A stretch of DNA of 33,014 nucleotides from Bdellovibrionales bacterium (GCA_043739185.1 JAYUEN010000425.1:1-33014); one strand, 5' to 3'; positions 7,936 to 17,213 are shown, counted from the first letter of the stretch. Notes: a model not told the origin generated them from the letters alone. Made by a program: numbers and translations.

Positions 7936-8739
7936 TTATGTCTGCTGAGTATATTTTGATCTCAAATTCTCAACAATTCCTCGGACATTTTGAACCAAAT
8001 CAGAGCGTATTGCCACAAAGCCAGAGTTGCGAAATTGCGGCTTGCCATATTCAAGAGTCTTAAGTGTCACAATATCAAAAACTTCACAACCCGCCTCTTC
8101 ACAAATCAATTGCCCGGCGGCTGTGTCCCATTCTGAAGTCTCGCCAAAACGAGGATAAATGTCCGCATCACCTCTGGCGAGGTGACCAAACTTTAAAGCT
8201 GAACCGTAGCGCGTGAGCTTTTCAATTTTTGAAATATTTAAGAACTCTTTCATTCGTTCGGAAACTTTAAGCGCACCACTTGCAAGCCCAAAGAGCTGCT
8301 TTCGCTTGCTAGAATTGTAAAGCTTGACCCCATTCAGATAACTACCTTCATTTCTTTGCGCAAAAAATATCTCATTTAATACGGGAGAGTACAAAATACC
8401 TACAATGGGGGACGAGCCGTCGATCAAAGCAATACTCACGCAGAAACTATCATTTCCTGCAATAAAATCCCGCGTCCCGTCGAGCGGATCAACTAACCAA
8501 AATTTCTTATTTTGAAGAGATTTCGTTTTATTCAAATCAGATTCTTCAGATATTATGATCTCATTACTTATTTTTTGTAAGCCTTCACAAATCACTCGAT
8601 GAGCATTTAAATCTGCATGAGTTACCGGAGAGGAATCAGACTTTGTTTCAACAAATAGGTCTGGGCTCTTATAATATTTCATGATTTCATCACCAGCACA
8701 TTTGGCAATATCAATTAATTTTTTCTGTAACAAGACCAC
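7936..8739 (-). CDS. cysQ: 3'(2'),5'-bisphosphate nucleotidase CysQ
   Basis: KSDSSPVTHAD, SEE, FWLVDPLDGTRDF, GSALKF and YPRFGETSEWDTAAG. GTG start. Confidence 0.92.
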   Translation of the reverse strand: MVLLQKKLIDIAKCAGDEIMKYYKSPDLFVETKSDSSPVTHADLNAHRVICEGLQKISNEIIISEESDLNKTKSLQNKKFWLVDPLDGTRDFIAGNDSFCVSIALIDGSSPIVGILYSPVLNEIFFAQRNEGSYLNGVKLYNSSKRKQLFGLASGALKVSERMKEFLNISKIEKLTRYGSALKFGHLARGDADIYPRFGETSEWDTAAGQLICEEAGCEVFDIVTLKTLEYGKPQFRNSGFVAIRSDLVQNVRGIVENLRSKYTQQT

Positions 8740-8817
8740 CTCATTAGTCTAAAGACCTGGGACTCTGTTTTGCCTGCTGGCACGACTCACCTTAAAGCAT
8801 ACTAGGGAGTGTAAGTC

Positions 8818-8846
8818 TTGACAGCTAAGACGAGACTCCTTCTAAT
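8818..8846 (+). promoter_or_regulatory. Candidate sigma70-type promoter for the lipoprotein operon
   Basis: TTGACA (8818-8823), 17-nt spacer, TCTAAT (8841-8846). The -35 box is overlapped by the palindrome GTCTT-N7-AAGAC (8815-8831). Confidence 0.35.
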
Positions 8847-8940
8847 AATATATAAGTTATTTAAACAAAAAGTCCTATTAATTTGATGCAACATTTGCCC
8901 TGCAGCTTTGAGAAGAATTTAAAAAGAAATTCGAGGTTAC

Positions 8941-10422
8941 ATGAAATTAAATCACTACCCCGTTACGCTTTTCGCAATTTTTAGTCTTCTCATCGCAAAT
9001 TGCACTCAGTCTCCCTCTTCTCAAGTTGCACCAAGCAAGCCTGAAACTAAAATTCTTGAGAGCTCAACTGCCATTAGTATTCAGGACACTGAGGGTGCAG
9101 CTATTGCAAATGCGCAAATTTTAATAGGTGATAGTTTGAACAGCCCATTTAGTAACAATTTATATACAGCAGATGCAAAGGGACTTGTGGCGGTGCCTAC
9201 CGACTGGACGACGACCACAAGCTTAAATATTTCAGCCAATGGATATATAACTGCTAGCTACCTACATACCGCGCCCGGAGCAGGCATCTTCAAATTGAGA
9301 AAACAAAATTTATCAAAATCAGTTGAATACTCAGGTAGCACCATAGGCTATCCCCCTTTTGATGACTATAGCCAAGCACATATTAGTTTGGTTTTTGAAG
9401 CCTTAAAAAAATCGGAGTTGGCTAATTTTAGCCTTTCGCAAATGATTAGCCCGGAGATTGATACTTTTTCTGTTTTTGGAAGTAAAGTTTCAGTGCCCAG
9501 CAATCTCGCGATACCCGATCAAATCTTGGCCTATATACTTCCCTTTCGATTTTCCAAACCAAATTTTCACCTCCCCTTACCTGTTCAATCGGATCATGTC
9601 ATGGTTGGTTTACACGCTCAGTTTGCAGTTGCTGATTTGGTAAAGGGCTCGCAAAACAAGGCGAGCATTTTTGAAATGATCAACTACTTTAATTTTACGA
9701 GCTTCTCTCAGCAGCTCCAACATATTGATAGCAGTGATGTCAGTCGAGATCTTGATATTTCTTCTCAGCAGCTCTATCTCAAAAATCATCTACAAGCACA
9801 AAAATTTGACCCAAGCCTATCGCTCTTGGTGATCAGCTGCCTGGATCAAAATTCAGGGATGCTGCCACTCGATATTAAGTCTGGTGCAAGCGGCGGCAGC
9901 ATAGACGTCAATACGCTCTCCTCAAAACATAGCTCTGAAAAAATCATTGGAGTACTTAAACCCCAGAATTCATCTTCAGGAGTTTCTGGGGCTGCCCAAG
10001 AATTAATGAGCATAGCTGTTCACGATGCCTCAGATTCAGTTTTACCCGACCAATTGAATATGCTTTCAGCGCCTAGCTTTTCAAGCAATACAATTAAGCA
10101 AACTCTGCCAACAGCGACAGCCTCAAAAATTGCTCAAGCCGGAATATATTATAGCCTCAATGCCGTAACTTCTGAAAGTATTGCAGGGGTGGTGATTGAG
10201 TCTAAGACTCCACTCTGGGACGTATACAATCCCAACTGGGAAGAATTGGCCAGCTTACCAAATTTGCCAAGCCAAATGACAACACTCAATCCAAATGCGA
10301 CAAGTCCTCATCGCTGGATAGTCAATTTATTGGGACAAGACCATTCTGAAGTTTCAGGTTTGGGACCCGACCGCCTTAAGTCCGTAAATTATTTTTCAAA
10401 AGCTGCAATTGATCTCAAATGA
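8941..10422 (+). CDS. Putative lipoprotein of unknown function, beta-rich, with a carboxypeptidase-regulatory-like N-terminal segment
   Basis: Signal peptide ending in LIANC; I.D..G..IANAQI...TADAKG pattern; SD GAGG; long ORF. Confidence 0.65.
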   Translation: MKLNHYPVTLFAIFSLLIANCTQSPSSQVAPSKPETKILESSTAISIQDTEGAAIANAQILIGDSLNSPFSNNLYTADAKGLVAVPTDWTTTTSLNISANGYITASYLHTAPGAGIFKLRKQNLSKSVEYSGSTIGYPPFDDYSQAHISLVFEALKKSELANFSLSQMISPEIDTFSVFGSKVSVPSNLAIPDQILAYILPFRFSKPNFHLPLPVQSDHVMVGLHAQFAVADLVKGSQNKASIFEMINYFNFTSFSQQLQHIDSSDVSRDLDISSQQLYLKNHLQAQKFDPSLSLLVISCLDQNSGMLPLDIKSGASGGSIDVNTLSSKHSSEKIIGVLKPQNSSSGVSGAAQELMSIAVHDASDSVLPDQLNMLSAPSFSSNTIKQTLPTATASKIAQAGIYYSLNAVTSESIAGVVIESKTPLWDVYNPNWEELASLPNLPSQMTTLNPNATSPHRWIVNLLGQDHSEVSGLGPDRLKSVNYFSKAAIDLK

Positions 10423-10943
10423 AAAATCAAATTTGCTTTCTAAAAATTCTATTTTTACAAAGTCTTCTAGTTTTACCAGGATGTTTTAAACAAGACTTGA
10501 AACCCGATGGCATGACTGCCGGGATCCCCATTCAGCGAGTTTACTTCGGTGAATACAATGATGTCGAAATGGCGATTCGTGCGGCAATGAAAAAATATCC
10601 GGTCAAAGAAGACAACTTAGATGCAGGAATATTCGAAACCGACAATATTAGAGGCGATAAAATGTATCGCGCACCAGGTAGTCATGAAAGAATCGAATCA
10701 GGCATCCGTTATCATATTCAAATTCATACGATAAAAGGCAAAGTCGACGGAAAGTCCGCTATTCAACTCATTGTAAAAAAAGTGGTCGAGCGTACGCGAG
10801 ATTTTTTTGCAGACACTGAATCCCTACCGAGCGATGGACTAGAAGAAAATATTATTTTTTATCGAGTTCAAAGAGAATTGGCTATTGCAAAGGCAGTCAA
10901 ACGAGCCGCTGAATCCCCAGCAGCTGCAGCTGCCGAAAAATAA
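10419..10943 (+). CDS. Putative lipoprotein (possibly BamC-like helix-grip fold)
   Basis: Lipobox LPGC; DAGIFETD and RYHIQI segments; ATGA overlap with the upstream gene. Confidence 0.6.
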   Translation: MKNQICFLKILFLQSLLVLPGCFKQDLKPDGMTAGIPIQRVYFGEYNDVEMAIRAAMKKYPVKEDNLDAGIFETDNIRGDKMYRAPGSHERIESGIRYHIQIHTIKGKVDGKSAIQLIVKKVVERTRDFFADTESLPSDGLEENIIFYRVQRELAIAKAVKRAAESPAAAAAEK

Positions 10944-10948
10944 AGATT

Positions 10949-11695
10949 TTAAAGAGTAGAATTTTGTCGTAACCAAGCTTGCCATTGAAGGCGCTTCAAC
11001 TTAGGCGCTTCATCCTGCCTACCTAGTTTTTGTTGGGTTAGGCGCTCAAGAGCTTTAATTGCTGCAGGGTAAAGACTTTCATCACGATCCGAAAGGAGTG
11101 CCCCAAACTTTTGTTCACTGCCTTTATCTTCAATTTGTGCAAGGCTTTCGACAATCTTTCGTCTAATCCAAAGACTTTGTTTTCCCCTGAAGTTTTCTTT
11201 TGAATTGAGCTTCTGCCATAAAATATTTTTGCTCTTACTATCTTTTAAGTCACTAATGACATCGACGGCCGCCGAACGAACTACCAATGCTTTGTCAGAT
11301 AGCAACTCCTTTGCCCACTCCAAAGCTTGTACATGATCAATTTGCACACTACTTATCAAAGCGGCATTGCGAAGATACCAAACTTTTGAATGAAGAGCCT
11401 GCTTCAGTTCAGGCAAACTTAATTTTCCGCCGATTCGCCCCATGGCCGTGACCGCTCTCCATCTGGCCTCCATTGCTGCCGAATCGTCATTCATAAGTGC
11501 TATGAGATTTTTATAACCTGCTGCTCCTTCAGATCTTAAGCTCACTATACGATTTTCAAGCGGGAGCCCCAAAGCAACCAAGGTTTCTGTGCGCGTTGAA
11601 GGATTCGAACTATGAAGCGCAATTGCCGCATGAGCAGGGGCCACAAAACCAAATATAACGCCCGCCAAAACAATTTTTGAAAAATAAGGGATCAT
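10949..11695 (-). CDS. Exported HEAT-repeat protein
   Basis: Signal peptide ending in AHA; repeats RWRAVTAMG, LRNAAL, VRSAAVDVI, IRRKIVESL and AAIKALERL. Confidence 0.75.
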   Translation of the reverse strand: MIPYFSKIVLAGVIFGFVAPAHAAIALHSSNPSTRTETLVALGLPLENRIVSLRSEGAAGYKNLIALMNDDSAAMEARWRAVTAMGRIGGKLSLPELKQALHSKVWYLRNAALISSVQIDHVQALEWAKELLSDKALVVRSAAVDVISDLKDSKSKNILWQKLNSKENFRGKQSLWIRRKIVESLAQIEDKGSEQKFGALLSDRDESLYPAAIKALERLTQQKLGRQDEAPKLKRLQWQAWLRQNSTL

Positions 11696-12933
11696 GCTTT
11701 TGCCTTTATTTGTTGTTGCTCGGCTTCAAATTCGCTCATCAAGTCGTCCACGGCCGATTGTTCTTTTTCATTTGGATTTTTAGGTCCGCCGAGTTCGCGC
11801 ACTTCAGCTAATAATTTTTCGGTATCGAGTAAACCAGCCATCGGATCAGCTTCTGCATCTTCACCGCCGCCGCCCAATTTCTCAATTTCTTGAAGCATTT
11901 TAGAAGTATCCACACTGCCATCTAAAGGCGAAACTGATGAAGTATTTGGCATCGAAGTCACCACCGGGGGCACAAATGACGCCATTGGCGGAATCACATC
12001 AACTGGTGGCACACTAGCATTATTTGAAACTTCATTGGTGACTGAAATCTTTGGAGCCGCTTGCATATCAACTACTTGCTGAAAGTCTTTCAATACTTGA
12101 TCTTCTGCCTCAGCTACTGGGGCCTTGCTTGGAGTAACGACCGTAGCTTCAACTGGTGCCTCTTGAGCTTGTACCACAGGTACTTCAGCTTCAACAGGTG
12201 CTGATATTGCGGGCGGTGCGACTGCGGCGGGCCCCTCTGTTACGGGCGGAGCTGCAGCAACCGGAGTAGGTGCGACTTGCGAAGCAGGCTCGACAGCTGC
12301 AACTGGCGCAGCTGCTAATTCGGCTGCGGGTGCTCCGCCACCGCTTGCTTTAATTGTTTCAATTTCTATTTTTAGTCTCGCGTTTTCTTCTTTGAATTTC
12401 GAAATATCGGCAAGCTCTTCTTCAATAATCGCATATTCGCTCAGCTTACTTTGCAATTCTTGAATTTTCGCAAGCGCATCATCCGAGGCCCCGGCCGAAA
12501 TGGCAGGCGCTGATTGAGCCGCCTGTTTTGCTTGCGAAAGCTCGCTCTCAAGTTGCTTTATTTTCTGTTCTCTCTCGCCAACTGTCGCCTTTAATTTATC
12601 AAGAGCTGCCGTATCAACCACTGGTGCCGAAGTAGCCTGCATCGCCGCAGGAGCTGAGGCATCTGGCTTCTTGATTGGCGCCTCGTCTTCTTCGTCCTGA
12701 ATACTCGAAGCTTTTTGCTCCTTTGGTGCTTGCGTGATCTGCCCCTGAGGAATTTTGTCGATCACCTTCTTAAGTGTTTCTTCAATACTTTTTAAATCGA
12801 GATGACTCGTTTTGGTCACACTCGCGGGCAATATTAATATGAAAATGACAGTAAGCAATGCAAGGCCAATGCTTATACCAATGAGCATTTCGCTATGGGT
12901 GATAATATAATGTAATATATCTTGAGCATTCAT
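11692..12933 (-). CDS. Membrane-anchored coiled-coil protein with an Ala/Pro-rich disordered region and an acidic C-terminus
   Basis: N-terminal TM, heptad segment (EREQKIKQLESELSQAK...ENARLKIEIE) and low-complexity linker. ATGA overlap with the HEAT gene. Confidence 0.7.
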   Translation of the reverse strand: MNAQDILHYIITHSEMLIGISIGLALLTVIFILILPASVTKTSHLDLKSIEETLKKVIDKIPQGQITQAPKEQKASSIQDEEDEAPIKKPDASAPAAMQATSAPVVDTAALDKLKATVGEREQKIKQLESELSQAKQAAQSAPAISAGASDDALAKIQELQSKLSEYAIIEEELADISKFKEENARLKIEIETIKASGGGAPAAELAAAPVAAVEPASQVAPTPVAAAPPVTEGPAAVAPPAISAPVEAEVPVVQAQEAPVEATVVTPSKAPVAEAEDQVLKDFQQVVDMQAAPKISVTNEVSNNASVPPVDVIPPMASFVPPVVTSMPNTSSVSPLDGSVDTSKMLQEIEKLGGGGEDAEADPMAGLLDTEKLLAEVRELGGPKNPNEKEQSAVDDLMSEFEAEQQQIKAKA

Positions 12934-13121
12934 CGAATTGCTTTAAGTTTACCTAAAATGTCGCCAAAGTAAAAGACTCTTGACACAATGAGGTCTAGGA
13001 TAGAGTTCGGTTATGACCTTTATCTAGTTTGCAAAGAAAAAATTGCGCTTATGCTTTCAAAACGATAGCGCGAGACGAAGATCTGGTTTTAGAATATTCT
13101 GATTTCTCGAAAGGCCCAAAG

Positions 13122-14474
13122 ATGACTGAAGATTTTGATTTGATCCTGACCGGAGCGAGCTGCGCACTCTCCGATTCGAAAAATAAAATTCGCATCGAAG
13201 AAGCTTCAATTGGAATTAAAGCAAATAAAATTCACGCCATTAGCTTAGGGCTTGAAAAAAAATCATCGGCAAAAAAAATACTGCAACTCAAAGGTCTACA
13301 CGTCCTCCCCGGAGTCATTGATACACAAGTTCATTTCCGCGAACCCGGTATGACCCACAAAGAAGATCTCGCCTCAGGAACACTGGCAGCAATAGCTGGC
13401 GGTGTTACCAGCGTCTTAGAAATGCCCAATACCAAGCCAGCAATCACTACACGAGAGCTTTTTTTACAAAAATGCGAAATGGCACGCGGACGTTTATGGT
13501 GCAATATTGGCTTTTTCATTGGGGCGACTCCAAAAAATATTTCGGAACTAAAAAATATTGAAAACCTCCTGGGCTGCTGCGGAATCAAAATTTTTATGGG
13601 CAGTAGCACCGGTGATTTATTGGTTTCAAAAGATGAAACGATCTTTGAAATCTTAAGCTCAACCAAGGGACCTATTGCCGTTCATGCAGAAGACGAAGAC
13701 CTCTTGTCTCAAAGAAAGCTGCAATTTGAAAACTGCCATGATGTGCGCGAGCATTCAAATATCAGAAATGAGCAAGTCGCATTGCTAGCCACCCAAAGAA
13801 TTGTTCGCTTAGCTGAGAAGGCCAAACGCAGAGTACATATTCTTCACATTAGTAGCCAAGAAGAAATTGAATACTTAAAAAATCATAAAGACTTTATTAG
13901 CATTGAAACAACTCCGCAATTTCTCTTGATGTCGGCCCCAGAATGTTACGAAAGTTTGGGGTCAAAAGCCCAAATGAATCCGCCCATTCGCTCCCTAAGA
14001 CACCAAGAAGCCCTTTGGAAGGGACTTGAAAACGGAACTGTTGATGTGATCGGTACGGATCACGCTCCTCATACTTTACAAGAAAAGGCTTTGTCCTACC
14101 CTCAGTCCCCGTCCGGAATGCCAGGCGTACAAACACTCGTTCCATTAATGTTAGATCTGGTCTTTAAAAAGCGACTCAGTTTAGAAAAGTTGGTAGAGCT
14201 CCTATGTCGAAATCCCGCCAAAATTTATCGTCCCAAGAATAAGGGAAATTTGCGCGTCGGCGCCGATGCTGATTTAACAATCGTAGATTTAAAGAAATCG
14301 ATGAAAATTGAGAACTCTTGGATCAAGAGCAAAGTGGGCTGGACGCCTTATGATCAACTCAAAGTAACTGGGTGGCCATTTGCCACCATTGTTAACGGAC
14401 AAATCGCAATGCAAGAAGATCAAATTTTAGGAACTCCCATTGGGCATCTTATAGATTTTGAAAAAAGAATTTAA
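13122..14474 (+). CDS. pyrC: Dihydroorotase
   Basis: LPGVIDTQVHFREPG, EMPNTKP, KIFMGSSTG, VHAEDE, HILHIS, MNPPIR, GTDHAPH and GADADL. The ATG at 13122 is preferred over the TTG at 13029. Confidence 0.9.
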   Translation: MTEDFDLILTGASCALSDSKNKIRIEEASIGIKANKIHAISLGLEKKSSAKKILQLKGLHVLPGVIDTQVHFREPGMTHKEDLASGTLAAIAGGVTSVLEMPNTKPAITTRELFLQKCEMARGRLWCNIGFFIGATPKNISELKNIENLLGCCGIKIFMGSSTGDLLVSKDETIFEILSSTKGPIAVHAEDEDLLSQRKLQFENCHDVREHSNIRNEQVALLATQRIVRLAEKAKRRVHILHISSQEEIEYLKNHKDFISIETTPQFLLMSAPECYESLGSKAQMNPPIRSLRHQEALWKGLENGTVDVIGTDHAPHTLQEKALSYPQSPSGMPGVQTLVPLMLDLVFKKRLSLEKLVELLCRNPAKIYRPKNKGNLRVGADADLTIVDLKKSMKIENSWIKSKVGWTPYDQLKVTGWPFATIVNGQIAMQEDQILGTPIGHLIDFEKRI

Positions 14475-14489
14475 AAAATTTTGGGAAGC

Positions 14490-14999
14490 TTAAGGATTGC
14501 TCGCAATACCTGCACAGTGTTTGACAATGCTCATTTGCGTAGACCCTTCGCCAGAATGCGAAGCGCTCAGGACATAAGCTTTATCGCAAGCGAGATTTGC
14601 TATTTGTGCAGTTAACTCAACATGAAATGATCCATGGTTACAATTTTCTGCACCTTGAGCAAGAATCATTGAATTCACTTGATCTTCAGCCAAGCTCCAT
14701 TGAACTGGATCAACACCTGCTGCCTGAGAACAGATCCCGCCCGGACGTAAAATTTGACTATTTGAGCTCAAATCCACAAGGCTTTCAGCGAAAAACATTT
14801 TCGAACTTGGGCCATTGGCAGATACTATGGCATTGTTCGTGCTCCCGGCAATTGGGTTTGCAATATAAGAAGGGTCGCCGTTATTTCCGGTCTGATTTAC
14901 TGGCTGGGCACAATTTTGATATTGCACCATGATCAATAAAAGACCGCCTAAAATAACCAAATCTCTTCTTTTTTTTCTGCTCATAATATTCTTTTTCAT
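14490..14999 (-). CDS. Small Cys-containing putative lipoprotein with a (F/Y)QNC N-terminal motif
   Basis: Basic N-terminus, hydrophobic stretch, then YQNC, followed by four further Cys (possible disulfides). Confidence 0.7.
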   Translation of the reverse strand: MKKNIMSRKKRRDLVILGGLLLIMVQYQNCAQPVNQTGNNGDPSYIANPIAGSTNNAIVSANGPSSKMFFAESLVDLSSNSQILRPGGICSQAAGVDPVQWSLAEDQVNSMILAQGAENCNHGSFHVELTAQIANLACDKAYVLSASHSGEGSTQMSIVKHCAGIASNP

Positions 15000-15171
15000 A
15001 AGACAAGTATCTCGCAGTTCGACAGATTTAACGAGATTTACCTAGACTTTTCTCAAGACGAGACAAAAAAACTTTCTCAATTGGTCACTTTTGCAAAAAA
15101 ACTAGCTTCTTTTAAATCAAATTGAGACCTTCATTTGCCTATCTGTGCTTTTAGTTGAGCTTTGCTTTAAA

Positions 15172-15270
15172 TCAGTTTTCGGGCAGTCGCGACAGTTCAC
15201 GGCATTTCGGTTTCTGTTTCAGGTTTCTGGGGCTGATGCCGTTTTCTGAAGTCGGCTTGCCTGCCTCTGA
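15172..15270. other. GC-enriched intergenic segment able to form a long imperfect hairpin (candidate structured RNA)
   Basis: Nested pairings TCAG/CTGA, GGCAG/CTGCC, GAC/GTC and ACGGCAT/ATGCCGT. No convincing ORF. Confidence 0.3.
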
Positions 15271-15376
15271 GGTTTTCTACTTTTTTCTACCCAAAACCAT
15301 TAGTCCCAGCCAGTTTAAGCGTCTTCTTTTCGTTTTCAAATTGCTAAGACGGGGACATTTATGGCATTAAAGTATT

Positions 15377-15928
15377 ATGTTTATACGAGAATTAGAACGC
15401 AGGGATCTCGAAAAAGTAAAGGCCTTTACCGATATTGGGATTGGCAAAAATTATTTTTCTATTCAAGAATTAAACGAGAGTTTTGAGAAATCAAGTTTAC
15501 AAAACATCATGTGTTCATTCGTACTTGTCGATGACGAAAACCAAATCAAGGGTTTGAGATTGGCCTATCCACCAGGGGCCTGGAGCAAAGGTAAGGGCAA
15601 TAAGCTCAGACCCGATCTCTGGAAAGTGCCGATCGAAAAGGTCGCCTATTTTCAAAGTTTATTTTTATCAGATGAGGCACAAGGATTAGGTTTCGGTCCA
15701 AAATTATCAGAAGCTGCGATTTCGGCTTTTAAAAAATTAGGTGCCCAAGCTGTTGTCACTCATGCCTGGAAAGAGTCTCCAAATAATTCCTCAATTAAAT
15801 ATCTAAGTCGTTTTGGCTTTGAAAGTATTGCGACTCATTTGCAATATTGGATAGATGTTGATTATGAATGCAGCCTGGATGGCAAACCCTGCCGTTGTAC
15901 GGCAGAAGAAATGATCAAGTATATATAG
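15377..15928 (+). CDS. GNAT acetyltransferase with a C-terminal Cys cluster
   Basis: Motif A (QGLGFG), N.SS..YL...GF, and C-terminal YW...CSLDGKPCRC. Confidence 0.8.
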   Translation: MFIRELERRDLEKVKAFTDIGIGKNYFSIQELNESFEKSSLQNIMCSFVLVDDENQIKGLRLAYPPGAWSKGKGNKLRPDLWKVPIEKVAYFQSLFLSDEAQGLGFGPKLSEAAISAFKKLGAQAVVTHAWKESPNNSSIKYLSRFGFESIATHLQYWIDVDYECSLDGKPCRCTAEEMIKYI

Positions 15929-15940
15929 GGCATGTCTTAC

Positions 15941-16837
15941 CTAATTTATTCGTTTGATATGTGAAAAATAGATTGGTCCAAAACCAGAACTGAAATCTGG
16001 TAAAATCTGCCAGCCAAATTCGGTGGCTTCGCCAATAGGAAATTTCGAAGTTAATATTTCGACTCTGCCTTTTCGTTTTTTAAGTAATTTACGAATCACT
16101 TCATCATTTTCAAATGGCGAAATCGAACAGGTCGAATAGACAACTGAGCCCTCGCACTTTAAACATTCAAAGGCGGAAGCTAAGAGTGAGAACTGTCTCA
16201 CTCCCATATTTTGGCTTCGCTTCTTGGTCCAAACTAAGATTTCTTTTGAATCGAGTATAAAATACCTTTCACCACTACAAGGAGCATCTAAAAGGATTTT
16301 GTCGTAGAAATCTTTTTGGTAAAGACACCATTTTGCTGCATCATGCGCCGTGATTTTGATCTGTCGAAAAATTTTATCAGGAAGCTGCTCTTTTAAAACT
16401 CGAATGAGCCGCGAGCGTCTCTCAATTGATATCTCATTGGCAATTAAATCAAACTCAGACCCATCATGCGGCGCCATCAAATTCGCTAAGACTAAAGTCT
16501 TCCCACCTGGGGCGGCACACATATCCAAACAGCGCTCCCCAGGTTTTGGGGCCAACGACAATGGTGGAAGCAAAGAGGCCAAATCAAGAAAATAAAACTG
16601 ATTTTTATCTGGTGATTGCAAGCTGAGTTTACGTGCTGCTTCTTCAGTGATAAATCTCTCACTTAATAAATTTTCAACCTCAATCTGAATTAGCTCATGC
16701 TTTAGGTAAGGATTCAGCCTTGCAACTTTTTTATCCGGAGCTTTGAGACTTTCAAAAAGTTTAGGCCAACGACCCAAACCATAAACCTCGTTAAAATATT
16801 GATAAAAAGCTGAACCTGAAGTCTCGGGAATTGGCAT
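15941..16837 (-). CDS. RsmB/RsmF (NOL1/NOP2/Sun) family RNA m5C methyltransferase
   Basis: LDMCAAPGGKT, ILLDAPCSGE and YSTCS...ENDEV. Confidence 0.9.
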   Translation of the reverse strand: MPIPETSGSAFYQYFNEVYGLGRWPKLFESLKAPDKKVARLNPYLKHELIQIEVENLLSERFITEEAARKLSLQSPDKNQFYFLDLASLLPPLSLAPKPGERCLDMCAAPGGKTLVLANLMAPHDGSEFDLIANEISIERRSRLIRVLKEQLPDKIFRQIKITAHDAAKWCLYQKDFYDKILLDAPCSGERYFILDSKEILVWTKKRSQNMGVRQFSLLASAFECLKCEGSVVYSTCSISPFENDEVIRKLLKKRKGRVEILTSKFPIGEATEFGWQILPDFSSGFGPIYFSHIKRIN

Positions 16838-16908
16838 TCAAATGATAAATCATTTCTTGCATCTATTTTCAATCAATAGAAGGATAGAGTTCATTAAAGG
16901 AAGGCATT

Positions 16909-17205
16909 ATGAAAAAAATCCAGTCCCTACTCAAAACTCATGTATTTGTTTGCACCAATAAAAAGGCAAATGGCGAGTGCTGTGATTTAAAAGGGGCCTC
17001 TGAACTAAGAAAAGAACTCAAAGTATGGACCGATACTCATCCCGAGTGGAAGAAGCGAATTCGCATCAATCAGTCCGGATGCCTCGATCATTGCAGTGAA
17101 GGCATTGCTATTGCCATTTACCCACAAAATGAATTTTTGACCAATGTGAACGCTGATGACATTTCAATTCTAAAAGATAAAATCACGCAACTCATGAATC
17201 AATAG
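16909..17205 (+). CDS. Thioredoxin-like [2Fe-2S] ferredoxin
   Basis: HVFVCTN...CC...RINQSGCLDHC..G...IYP; SD AAGGAAGG. Confidence 0.88.
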   Translation: MKKIQSLLKTHVFVCTNKKANGECCDLKGASELRKELKVWTDTHPEWKKRIRINQSGCLDHCSEGIAIAIYPQNEFLTNVNADDISILKDKITQLMNQ

Positions 17206-17213
17206 CTGTTTTC

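Noticed and set aside
13320..13349. Dihydroorotase metal motif reads DTQVH instead of DxHxH, suggesting an inactive enzyme
   Set aside because: D(S/T)QVHFREPG is typical of a widespread dihydroorotase subfamily, and the other ligands (K, H, H, D) are intact.
15155..15370. 71-aa plus-strand ORF; also hammerhead ribozyme or c-di-GMP riboswitch in this region
   Set aside because: The ORF has a TTG start, no SD and a Phe-rich composition caused by T skew. There is no CUGANGA core and no GGCAAA...GACGCAAA pair.
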